This document shows, in pieces, positions 14,736-23,569 of a DNA stretch of 37,982 bases. How positions within the stretch are numbered: the stretch's first letter is position 1; each line of letters starts with the position of its first letter. Under the pieces are notes generated by a model, which worked only from the letters and a program-made list of their open reading frames with translations, had not been told where the DNA came from and did not search any database. The stretch is from Candidatus Woesearchaeota archaeon (GTDB lineage Archaea > Nanobdellota > Nanobdellia > Pacearchaeales > GW2011-AR1), in contig CAYQDG010000004.1 of the NCBI GenBank assembly GCA_964416245.1, positions 1-37,982 of the forward strand. The letters are read 5' to 3'. The translations under genes were made by a program, and so were the position numbers.

Positions 14736-17198
14736 ATGGCAGAAATTGATTTTAAATCTATTGAGGAGAAATGGCAGAAGAAATGGGAAGATGAAAAAGT
14801 TTTTGTATCTAGTAATAAAAGTTCTAAACCTCGATATTATGTTCTTGAAATGTTCCCTTATCCTTCTGGTTCTGGTTTGCATATGGGGCATGCATGGAAT
14901 TATACCATTGGGGATATTTTGGCTCGGTTCAAGATTATGAATGGATTTGAAGTTCTTCATCCGATGGGTTATGATTCTTTGGGTTTGCCTGCAGAAAATG
15001 CAGCTATTAAAGATGGAATTCATCCTGAAATTTATACAGAAAAAGCTATTAAAAATTATATTAGACAACAAAAATCTCTGGGTTTGACTTATGATTGGTC
15101 TAGAGTATTGAAAACTTCTTCTTCGGAATATTATAAATGGGACCAATGGATTTTTTTGAAAATGTTTGAAAAAGGTTTGGCTTATCAAAAAGAATCAAGT
15201 GTGAATTGGTGTCCTTCATGTAAAACTGTGCTTGCAAATGAACAGGCGCAAAATGGGGTTTGTGATAGGTGCGATTCCAAGGTTGAAATTAAATATTTGA
15301 AACAATGGTTTTTGAAGATTACTGATTATTCTGATGAACTTTATGAGAATTTAGATAACATGGAAGGTTGGCCTGAAAGAACGCGGGCAATGCAGAGGCA
15401 TTGGATTGGAAAAAGTTATGGGACTGAAATTGATTTTGAGATTGAGGGTGAAAAATGGCCTGTTTTTACAACGAGGCCAGACACAATTTTTGGAGTTACT
15501 TTTGTTGTTGTTTCTGCTCAGCATAAAAAACTTTGGGAATTGGTTACTGATGAGCAGAAGAAAGAGGTTGAGAAATTTTTAAAGAAGGTGGGGTCTGTTA
15601 GTGAGAAGGATATGGCTGATTTAGAGAAGGAAGGAGTTTTTACTGGTTCTTATGCTATCAATCCTGCTAATGGTGAAAAGGTTCCAATTTATGCTGGGAA
15701 TTTTGTTGTTCACGATTATGGTTCTGGAATGGTTATGGCTGTTCCTGCACATGATAAAAGAGATTTTGAATTTGCAATGAAATATGAAATTCCTATCCGA
15801 GTTGTTATCAATCCACATGATTTTGATATTGATGAAAATAAATATTATGATGTCTATACGGGCGAAGGTACTTTGATGAATTCTGAAGAATTTAATGATC
15901 TTGATAATGAAGAAGCTAAAAAGAAGATTACTGAATGGCTAGATGATAGGAGTGTTGGGCGTGAGACTTTGAATTTTAGATTAAGAGATTGGGGAATTAG
16001 CCGTCAGAGATATTGGGGAACCCCAATTCCAATCATTCATTGTGATAAATGTGGGACTGTACCCGTGCCAGAAAAAGATTTGCCTGTTGAATTACCAAAA
16101 AAAGTTAAATTTGGAGAGGGTAACCCTTTGGAAACTAACGAAGATTGGATTAATGTTAAATGCCCTAAATGTGGTGGAGAAGGTAAAAGAGAGATTGAGA
16201 CAATGGACACTTTTGTTAATTCTTCTTGGTATTTTATGAGATATTGCGATCCAAATAATTCTGAGGAAATTTTTGATAAGGAAAAAGTTAATTTTTGGTG
16301 CCCAGTAGATTCTTATATTGGGGGTGCTGAACATGCTTGTATGCATTTAATTTATTCTCGGTTTTATACAAAGTTTTTGAGAGATATTGGTTTAATTAAT
16401 TTTGATGAACCTGCTATTAGTTTATTCCATCAAGGAATGCTCCATGGGGAAGATGGGGAAAAGATGAGCAAATCTAAAGGGAATGTTGTTCTCCCTGAAA
16501 CAGTTTCTGATATATATGGGATTGATACTGCCCGATTTTTTTTGTCTAGTTTGGCTTCCCCCGATAAAGATATTGATTGGGATGAAAAGGGCATTGTTGG
16601 TAGTTTAAGATTTGTTAAAAAAATATGGGATTTTGTTGAAGATTTTAAAGGTGGCAAGAATTCAGAAGAAGTTGGGGTTAAAGTTAATAATGTAATTAAG
16701 AATGTTACAAGTTATTATGGTAATTATCAATATAGAAAAGCTACAATTGAATTGAGAGAATTATTTGATTTGATTATTGAAGAGGGTTGTTCTTCAAATA
16801 CATTGGCGACTGCATTAAAATTATTGAATCCTATTTGCCCACATATTACCGAAGAGATGTGGGAGAAATTGGGGAACAAAGAGTTTATTTCTATTAGCGA
16901 ATGGCCTAAATTTGATGAGAATAAATTGAAGGTTCAGGGGAAGAAAGTTGATTTGAATGCAAAAGTTATTGAAAATGTGGGAGATATGCTTGAAAGATAT
17001 GAAGAAAAGAATGGAGAAATAAAAACAGTTTATTTGTATGTCATCCCTTTTGAACTTTCGAAATATAATATTGACGAATTGGAAAAGAAGTGGAAGAAAC
17101 TTGTTGAGGTTTATTCGGTGAAGGATTCCGATAAATATGATCCTGAAAATAAAAGCAAAAAGGCTAGGCCTGGGCTTCCAGGAGTTTATTTCGAGTAA
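14736..17198 (+). CDS. leuS: leucyl-tRNA synthetase, bacterial-type architecture
   Basis: N-terminus YVLEMFPYPSGSGLHMGHAWNYTIGDILARF...GYDSLGLPAENAAI, CP1 editing motif TTRPDTIFG, and KMSKS. The 820-aa length fits the bacterial type. Confidence 0.92.
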   Translation: MAEIDFKSIEEKWQKKWEDEKVFVSSNKSSKPRYYVLEMFPYPSGSGLHMGHAWNYTIGDILARFKIMNGFEVLHPMGYDSLGLPAENAAIKDGIHPEIYTEKAIKNYIRQQKSLGLTYDWSRVLKTSSSEYYKWDQWIFLKMFEKGLAYQKESSVNWCPSCKTVLANEQAQNGVCDRCDSKVEIKYLKQWFLKITDYSDELYENLDNMEGWPERTRAMQRHWIGKSYGTEIDFEIEGEKWPVFTTRPDTIFGVTFVVVSAQHKKLWELVTDEQKKEVEKFLKKVGSVSEKDMADLEKEGVFTGSYAINPANGEKVPIYAGNFVVHDYGSGMVMAVPAHDKRDFEFAMKYEIPIRVVINPHDFDIDENKYYDVYTGEGTLMNSEEFNDLDNEEAKKKITEWLDDRSVGRETLNFRLRDWGISRQRYWGTPIPIIHCDKCGTVPVPEKDLPVELPKKVKFGEGNPLETNEDWINVKCPKCGGEGKREIETMDTFVNSSWYFMRYCDPNNSEEIFDKEKVNFWCPVDSYIGGAEHACMHLIYSRFYTKFLRDIGLINFDEPAISLFHQGMLHGEDGEKMSKSKGNVVLPETVSDIYGIDTARFFLSSLASPDKDIDWDEKGIVGSLRFVKKIWDFVEDFKGGKNSEEVGVKVNNVIKNVTSYYGNYQYRKATIELRELFDLIIEEGCSSNTLATALKLLNPICPHITEEMWEKLGNKEFISISEWPKFDENKLKVQGKKVDLNAKVIENVGDMLERYEEKNGEIKTVYLYVIPFELSKYNIDELEKKWKKLVEVYSVKDSDKYDPENKSKKARPGLPGVYFE

Positions 17199-17217
17199 TT
17201 TTTGTTTCTTTTTTGTT
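17199..17217 (+). terminator. oligo-T tract immediately after the leuS stop
   Basis: TTTTTGTTTCTTTTTTGTT follows the stop directly. Archaeal terminators are typically T-runs. Confidence 0.35.
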
Positions 17218-17281
17218 CTAACTTCGTTATTTCATTTCTTGCGTAGCGTTGCTACGCCACGAAATAAAATGCCTTGTTAGA
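17215..17281. other. long imperfect hairpin with a GC-rich apex
   Basis: Apex GCGTAGC-GTT-GCTACGC (17241-17257), flanked by ATTTC/GAAAT and TTCTAAC/GTTAGAA pairings. Confidence 0.6.
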
Positions 17282-17345
17282 ATAAGAAAATAATTCAAAA
17301 ATGTTTTTTGGGAAATTATAAAAGGGAGAAAAGATTTTTTAGAAT

Positions 17346-17918
17346 ATGAAAGTTGTAATTGTTCATGGTTCTAATTTAAAGGATAGGGAAAATATGATTA
17401 AATATAACCTTCCTCCGCAAAATGAAAGAGATTGGATTGGTTGGATTAAAGAAGAATTGAATAAAAAAGGAATTGTCTGTGTTGCCCCTCTTATGCCCGA
17501 AAATTGGGAACCAGTTTATGAAAAATGGAAAGAAGAATTTGAAAAAATTGATATTAGAGAATATGATATTTTGGTGGGTTGGAGTTCTGGAGGAGCTTTT
17601 TTAACTAGGTGGTTGGGAGATACTGGAAAGAAAATTAAAAAATTAATTTTAGTTGCTCCTGCAATTGCTCTTGATAATTTAGAGGAAGGAATTATGAAAA
17701 AGTTTCATGATTTTGAAATTAATTCTAAAATTGGAGAAATGATTGATGAAATTATTTTAATTGAATCTGATAATGATAGTGAAGGTATTTTAGAATCAGG
17801 AAAAATTTATTCTAAAAAGTTAAATGTTGAACCTCTTGTTTTACATAACAAAGGACATTTTACAGGGCATAAGATGGGGAAAGAATTTCCTGAATTGCTA
17901 GAGGAAATTTTAAAATAA
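17346..17918 (+). CDS. alpha/beta serine hydrolase, RBBP9/YdeN-like
   Basis: VVIVHG start, nucleophile elbow GWSSGG, and a C-terminal GHF motif. The ~190-aa length is typical for this family. Confidence 0.6.
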   Translation: MKVVIVHGSNLKDRENMIKYNLPPQNERDWIGWIKEELNKKGIVCVAPLMPENWEPVYEKWKEEFEKIDIREYDILVGWSSGGAFLTRWLGDTGKKIKKLILVAPAIALDNLEEGIMKKFHDFEINSKIGEMIDEIILIESDNDSEGILESGKIYSKKLNVEPLVLHNKGHFTGHKMGKEFPELLEEILK

Positions 17919-18007
17919 TTTTCTAACAAAACTTTTCAAACAATTATTTTCTAAAATACCGATTTATCTGGCTAAATCTTTATAAGTAAAAACAATTTTT
18001 AGGTTAT

Positions 18008-18481
18008 ATGATTGATAAAAAAGAGTTGATAAAAGAGGTTGAGAAAGAATTCAATCGGGTTAAAGAGGAATTGGGTTTTGAAGCTACTTTGGAAGAGTTA
18101 GAAGACGCATTCAAAATTTTTGATGGCGTTGTCTCCTCTGAGTTTGTAAGTACAAGTTTTTCAAGACAACTTTGTGCTCGTATTTTGGACAATTATATGG
18201 GGTGGCATAGTTATTTGAATGGTGTTTTAGTTCCTAATTCTGGGTTTTTAGCGAGTCAAACTGAAGCAAATTTATTTAATAATCAAGAAGATAGAGAAAT
18301 GATTTGGAAAATGATTAAGAAGACTATGGAATATTCCACCACCCATTCTTTGATTGGTTTGACAAAAAATAAAGAACTTGAAGCGCAATTTATTGACGAC
18401 ACTTTGAATTATTGGAAAGAAGTTTTTTCTCCTAATTTGAAAATGATTCTTTTGAGGGCTAATGAAGCTTGGAAGAAATAA
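18008..18481 (+). CDS. hypothetical protein
   Basis: 157-aa ORF in the coding direction of its neighbours. No family recognised. Confidence 0.5.
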   Translation: MIDKKELIKEVEKEFNRVKEELGFEATLEELEDAFKIFDGVVSSEFVSTSFSRQLCARILDNYMGWHSYLNGVLVPNSGFLASQTEANLFNNQEDREMIWKMIKKTMEYSTTHSLIGLTKNKELEAQFIDDTLNYWKEVFSPNLKMILLRANEAWKK

Positions 18482-18519
18482 GAAGTTAATTTTATTAACT
18501 GATTTTTCTTAAAAAATTT

Positions 18520-19599
18520 ATGAGTAGAGAGGTCTTAATTGAAAAGTCTGCAGTTTCAAGAAAGAATTATCATAAATATTGGTTTATAATTTTGTTTGCT
18601 TTAGGAATTGGTTTTTTATCTTTATATTTTATTTTGAATTATGTTCATAAAGAAGAAGTTTCTTTTACTTGTGGAGATGATACTCCTTATGGAAATTGTT
18701 CTGAAAATAAACCTTATTATTGTGATGGGGGAAATTTGATTAGAAATATGGAAAACTGTGGTTGTCCTGAAATTTTTTCTGAATTTGGAGAAAATTGTTC
18801 TTTTGATAATTATGAGAATGGAGAAAAAGTTACTTTGAATTATGTGATTAATGGTAGAGAAAAATATTTGGATTTTTATTTTCATCAGGCTATTTTAGAT
18901 TATCTTGAAGATTTACCTCGTTCTCTTTCCTATTCTAATGGAGAAAATTTTTCTCGAAGGGATTTTAAATTGATGAAAATTGATGATGAATTACAAAGAG
19001 AGATGTTGATGCCTTTAGTTGTTGAAATTCAAAATTTGGCTCCGTGGTCGAAGGATTTACAAGCAAAAATTGCCATTAGTCTTGTTCAAAATATTCCTTA
19101 TGGTAATCCGGATTTTGTAGATGTTCTTGAAGGCAGATTTACTGTCCCTTTATCAAAATATCCTTATCAAACACTTTCTAGTTGGGAAGGTTCATGTGAA
19201 TGCAAATCTGAATTATTGGTTTTTCTATTGAGGGAATTAGGATTTGAAACTGCCTTGTTTTATTATCAAGATGAAAATCACGAGGCAGTTGGAATTAAAT
19301 GTCCAGAAAAATATTCCTTGGAAGATACTGGTTTTTGTTTTGTTGAAACTACTTTACCTGCTCCTATTTCTTATAGTAAAGGAAGATATCAAGGTCCAGG
19401 AGGAAGTTCTGTTTTGGGAGATTATTCCGAATTAATTATAATTTCTGAAGGAGAAAGTTTGAGTAAAAACTTAGATGATTATTCAGATGCAAGAGTTCTT
19501 GGAAGGTTGGTGAATAAAGTTGATAAAAAAGGATATGTTAATTATTTTGAGAAAAAAAAATTGGATAATCTGAGGGAAAAATATGGGCTTATTTATTAA
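18520..19599 (+). CDS. membrane-anchored protein with a Cys-rich region and a transglutaminase-like cysteine protease core
   Basis: One N-terminal TM helix. The core WEGSCECKSELLVFLLRELGFETALFYYQDENHEAVGIKC matches the Cys...His pattern of the transglutaminase-like superfamily. Confidence 0.5.
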   Translation: MSREVLIEKSAVSRKNYHKYWFIILFALGIGFLSLYFILNYVHKEEVSFTCGDDTPYGNCSENKPYYCDGGNLIRNMENCGCPEIFSEFGENCSFDNYENGEKVTLNYVINGREKYLDFYFHQAILDYLEDLPRSLSYSNGENFSRRDFKLMKIDDELQREMLMPLVVEIQNLAPWSKDLQAKIAISLVQNIPYGNPDFVDVLEGRFTVPLSKYPYQTLSSWEGSCECKSELLVFLLRELGFETALFYYQDENHEAVGIKCPEKYSLEDTGFCFVETTLPAPISYSKGRYQGPGGSSVLGDYSELIIISEGESLSKNLDDYSDARVLGRLVNKVDKKGYVNYFEKKKLDNLREKYGLIY

Positions 19600-19649
19600 T
19601 AATATTAAAGATACAAATTTTTTAAAAGATTATTTTGCTATTTTATTTT

Positions 19650-20285
19650 ATGGGAGCAGTTAAATTAGTTGAAATGATGGATGAAGATTTAATTGTTAAA
19701 CCTGTTTTTTTTAATTTGAAGAATTTTTTGGTTTTGAATAATAATCCCGTTTTACATTATTATTCTTTTAATCAAGTTCAGGCTAATTTGAAAGATCATT
19801 TTAAATTTTTTTTGTCAACTGATGAAGATTTTGAGGTTAAATTAAAAGGGGAAAATCTTCATATGGATTCTTTTTCTTATCATTCTCTTATTTTAGAAAA
19901 TATTTTTGAAAATTTAAATAAACTTTATGGGAATCGTTTTAAAGATTTGGATGAATTAGAAAAGGTTTCTATTTTTTATGAGTTTGAATATGATGATGTT
20001 TTTTCTACTAGGGGTTTTAATTCTAAAGATTATTCAAAAATTGAAAAAGAAGTTTTTGATGAACTCCATTTATGTAAACAATATAAAGAGTCTATTTCTT
20101 TAATTGAAAAAAATTTATCAAATTCAAAAATATACTCGCAGTATTTTGGAGAAGTTGAAGAAAATGTGTTTTGGTTGAGAGAAGAAGGAAAAAAGATTAA
20201 GGATTTGAAAAGTTGTAATGCTTATATGTTAAAGATGTATGGTCTTAAAGAATTAATTCCCCGGTTAGTGGGTAATTTCTTCTAA
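19650..20285 (+). CDS. hypothetical protein
   Basis: I prefer the ATG at 19650, which has a TATA-like TTTTTAAAAG about 30 nt upstream. The 3' end overlaps convergent alaS by 21 nt. Confidence 0.45.
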   Translation: MGAVKLVEMMDEDLIVKPVFFNLKNFLVLNNNPVLHYYSFNQVQANLKDHFKFFLSTDEDFEVKLKGENLHMDSFSYHSLILENIFENLNKLYGNRFKDLDELEKVSIFYEFEYDDVFSTRGFNSKDYSKIEKEVFDELHLCKQYKESISLIEKNLSNSKIYSQYFGEVEENVFWLREEGKKIKDLKSCNAYMLKMYGLKELIPRLVGNFF

Positions 20286-22025
20286 AGTTGCTTTGATTCT
20301 TCTTACTCCTGCCGAAGAAGATTGTTCTTTTTTAATTTTGAATCTTCCTAATTCTGAAGTATTTTTTACATGGGGGCCGGTACAAATTTCTTTTGAAAAA
20401 TTTCCAATTGTGTAAACTGAAACTTTATTTCCATATTTTGAATCGAATATTCCTTGTGCTCCTTGTTTTTTTGCTTTTTCTGGAGACATTTCTTCTCTAA
20501 CTATTTCTTGATTTTTTTGAATTTGTTCATTGACAATGTTTTCTATTTTTTCTTTTTCTTCTTCGGTTAATTTTCTATCAAAATTAAAGTCTAATCTTAA
20601 TCTTTCTGGATTTATATTTGAACCCTTTTGTTGTATTTCTGGTCCCAAAACTTTTTGTAATGCTGCTAATAACAAATGAGCTGCTGTATGTAATTTCGTT
20701 GTTTGGGTTGTATTGTCAGCAAGTCCTGATTTGAATTTTCCTGCTGAGGCTGTTTGAGATAATTCTTTATGTTTTTCAAATTCTTTTTTAAAATCTTCTG
20801 GGTTAAATTCAATCTTTTTTTCTTTTGCTATCTCATCAATCATTTCAATCGGAAATCCATATGATTGATATAAAAGAAAGGCTTCTTTTCCATTAATTTT
20901 TTTATCTTTAGACATTTTTTGAAATTCTTTTAGTCCTTTGTCCAATGTTTTTTCAAATTTTTCTTCTTCTTTTTCTAATTCTTCCTTTATGAAGGTTTTT
21001 CTTTTTTGTAGATGTTTATAATCATCATAAATTGCAAATACTTCTTCTGCTATTTTCCAAATTAAATTTTTCTTTTCTATTCCTATTTTTCTTAAATTTC
21101 TTATTGCTCCTCGAATTAATCTTCTGAGAACATAACCTTGTTCAGAGTTTGAAGGAATAATCTCGTCAGCTAGGATGAATGTTGCCGCTTTTGTGTGATC
21201 TGCGATTATTCTCATTTCTTTTTTATAATTTGTATATTTTTTTTGAGATATTTTTTCAATTTTTTCAATCAATGGTTTCCAAACTTCTGATTCGTAATTG
21301 TCCTCTAATCCATTTAAAATGGTAATCATTCTTTCCACACCCATTCCTGTGTCTATGTTTTTTTGTTTTGCTTCAATGTATTTTCCGTCTTTAGTTTTTT
21401 CATATTCCATTAAAACATCATTCCAAATTTCTACCCAATTTTTATTTTCTGGATCAAATTTTTCTGGAGCAGGAACATTGTTCAATTTCCAGTAAAACAT
21501 TTCTGTATCGGGTCCGCATGGTCCAACATTTCCTGCTGGTCCCCACCAATTATCCTTTTTTCCTAAAAAAGTAATCCTATTTGCAGGAATTCCCAAAGAT
21601 TTCCAAACTTTTTCTGATTCAAAATCTTTTGGCGCATTTTCATTTCCTTCAAAAATAGTCACTGCAAATCTTTCTAATGGAATTTTTAAAATTTTTGTCA
21701 AAAATTCAAATGAGAGTTGAATTGCTTCTTTTTTGAAATAATCCCCTAAAGACCAATTTCCTAACATTTCAAAAAAAGTATGGTGGGTTGTATTTCCAAC
21801 TTCCTCAATATCTCCTGTTCTAATGCATTTTTGAAAATTAACTAATTTTTTTCCTTCTGGATGGGGTTGTCCTAAAAGAAAAGGGACCAAAGGGTGCATT
21901 CCTGCAGTTGTAAATAAAACTGTTGGATCATTCTCTGGAACTAAGGAAGAATTTTTTATTTTTTTATGCCCATTTAATTCAAAAAATTCCGTGTAGTTGT
22001 TTATCAATTCTTTACGTGTTATCAT
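20265..22025 (-). CDS. alaS: alanyl-tRNA synthetase, bacterial-type, short form lacking the C-Ala domain
   Basis: N-terminus NDPTVLFTTAGMHPLVPFLLG...FQKCIRTGDIEEVG...HHTFFEMLGNWS. Editing-domain motifs HTAAHLL and CTGPHV. The protein ends right after GVRRIKAT. Confidence 0.9.
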   Translation of the reverse strand: MITRKELINNYTEFFELNGHKKIKNSSLVPENDPTVLFTTAGMHPLVPFLLGQPHPEGKKLVNFQKCIRTGDIEEVGNTTHHTFFEMLGNWSLGDYFKKEAIQLSFEFLTKILKIPLERFAVTIFEGNENAPKDFESEKVWKSLGIPANRITFLGKKDNWWGPAGNVGPCGPDTEMFYWKLNNVPAPEKFDPENKNWVEIWNDVLMEYEKTKDGKYIEAKQKNIDTGMGVERMITILNGLEDNYESEVWKPLIEKIEKISQKKYTNYKKEMRIIADHTKAATFILADEIIPSNSEQGYVLRRLIRGAIRNLRKIGIEKKNLIWKIAEEVFAIYDDYKHLQKRKTFIKEELEKEEEKFEKTLDKGLKEFQKMSKDKKINGKEAFLLYQSYGFPIEMIDEIAKEKKIEFNPEDFKKEFEKHKELSQTASAGKFKSGLADNTTQTTKLHTAAHLLLAALQKVLGPEIQQKGSNINPERLRLDFNFDRKLTEEEKEKIENIVNEQIQKNQEIVREEMSPEKAKKQGAQGIFDSKYGNKVSVYTIGNFSKEICTGPHVKNTSELGRFKIKKEQSSSAGVRRIKATLEEITH

Positions 22026-22134
22026 ATATTTGAATGGTTGAGAATAGTTTTAAATTTATTTGTTGGTATTTTAATAAATTTTTTTATAGATTAATTTTTT
22101 AAATACCTTTTTACTTTTTTCTTAGAGGTGGAGA

Positions 22135-23256
22135 ATGAAAAAAGGAATAAAACAATATTTAATTGCATCTTCTATTTTGATTGGAAGTTGCATTGGAGCA
22201 GGGGTTTTAGGTATTCCTTATATTGCTGCCCAGGCTGGTTTTTTTGTAGTTTTAATGTATATTTTTTTAATTGGTTTTTTGATTTATACAGTTAATTCTT
22301 TTTTAGGAGAAGTTATTCTAAGAACTAAAGGAGATCATCAATTAATTGGTTATGTTGAAAGGTATCTTGGACTTAAAGCTCGGCATGTTATGGAGTTTGC
22401 TTTTGTTTTTGGTGCTTATGCAGCGATGATTGCATATATGTTGGGTATGGGAAAAAGTTTGAGTTTTTTGATTTTTGGAAATACAAGTTATGAATTAATT
22501 TTTGGGATATTTATTGGTTTTATTTTTTCATATCTTATTTATGGGGGAGTAAAATCTTTGAAAAAATTTGAAAAAATAGGGGTTTTTATTGTATTAATCT
22601 TGCTTTTAGTTATTGTTGCAATTTTTCTTCCGGAAGTTGTTTTGAATAATTTATTGGGCTTTGATAAAATGAATGTATTATTGCCTTTTGGTGTTGTTTT
22701 ATTTGCTTTGATGAGTTTTGATGTTTTACCTGAAGTTAAAATTGTTTTAAAGAGGAGGGAAAAACTTTTTAGAAAAGTTCTTTTGACTGGAACTTTAACT
22801 TCGATGATTTTTTACATTATTTTTACTTTTGTGGTTTTAGGTTCTCAAGGACAAAATACACCTGAAGTTGCAACTTTATCTCTTGGAGGAATATTTATTG
22901 TTTTGGGAATGTTTACAATGTTTACATCTTATTTAACGAAAGGAAACGCTTTATCTGAAAGTTTTCAGTTTGATGAAAGGTATAGTAAAAAAACTAGTTG
23001 GTTGCTTGCAAGTTTTGTTCCTATTGGAATTTTTGTTTTGACACAATTGACTGATTTCTTTTCTTTCACAAGAATTTTGTCTCTAGGTGGAGTTGTATCT
23101 GGAGGAATAATTGCGGTTTTATCTTTGTTGATGGTAAATAAAGCAAAAGTAAAGGGAAATAGAAAACCGGAATATGAAATTAAATCTCATTTATGGGTTT
23201 TAGCAATTTTAATTTTAATTTTTGTTTTTGGGGCAATTAGGGAGTTATTGATTTAG
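22135..23256 (+). CDS. amino acid permease (Trp/Tyr permease / Aa_trans-like)
   Basis: About 11 TM helices. The N-terminal motif is SILIGSCIGAGVLGIPY. A GAGGTGGAG SD motif lies at 22125-22133. Confidence 0.65.
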   Translation: MKKGIKQYLIASSILIGSCIGAGVLGIPYIAAQAGFFVVLMYIFLIGFLIYTVNSFLGEVILRTKGDHQLIGYVERYLGLKARHVMEFAFVFGAYAAMIAYMLGMGKSLSFLIFGNTSYELIFGIFIGFIFSYLIYGGVKSLKKFEKIGVFIVLILLLVIVAIFLPEVVLNNLLGFDKMNVLLPFGVVLFALMSFDVLPEVKIVLKRREKLFRKVLLTGTLTSMIFYIIFTFVVLGSQGQNTPEVATLSLGGIFIVLGMFTMFTSYLTKGNALSESFQFDERYSKKTSWLLASFVPIGIFVLTQLTDFFSFTRILSLGGVVSGGIIAVLSLLMVNKAKVKGNRKPEYEIKSHLWVLAILILIFVFGAIRELLI

Positions 23257-23269
23257 AAAAAATTAGTTT

Positions 23270-23482
23270 CTATTTTTGGATATATTTTTGTAATTGTTTT
23301 GATTTATTTAGTTTATATTTCATTCCTTGTTGATTTTCATATTGTAGAGATTTAATTATTTGATTTTTTTGTTCCATTATTTGTTCCATTATTTTACTAT
23401 AGTTGTTTATTGTTTTAGAATTTTTGTAAAACAGTTTATATTGTGGTTGATTTAATTTTTCTAATCCATATTGATTTATCAT
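23270..23482 (-). CDS. possible small Q/K/N-rich protein (doubtful)
   Basis: 70-aa ORF in an otherwise empty 313-bp spacer. It contains an internal MEQIMEQ encoded by a tandem 12-mer (23369-23392). Its low complexity makes it uncertain. Confidence 0.2.
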   Translation of the reverse strand: MINQYGLEKLNQPQYKLFYKNSKTINNYSKIMEQIMEQKNQIIKSLQYENQQGMKYKLNKSKQLQKYIQK

Positions 23483-23569
23483 TTCCTTTTAATGTTGTTT
23501 TTATTTTTAAAAATTATTATCTTACTTTTTAACCAACATCTTTTTAATTATTGAATTGTTTAGTTTATC

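Noticed and set aside
14709-15188. 159-aa minus-strand ORF overlapping the leuS start.
   Set aside because: It lies antisense to the most conserved part of leuS (the HMGH region). It has a low-complexity composition and no motif support.
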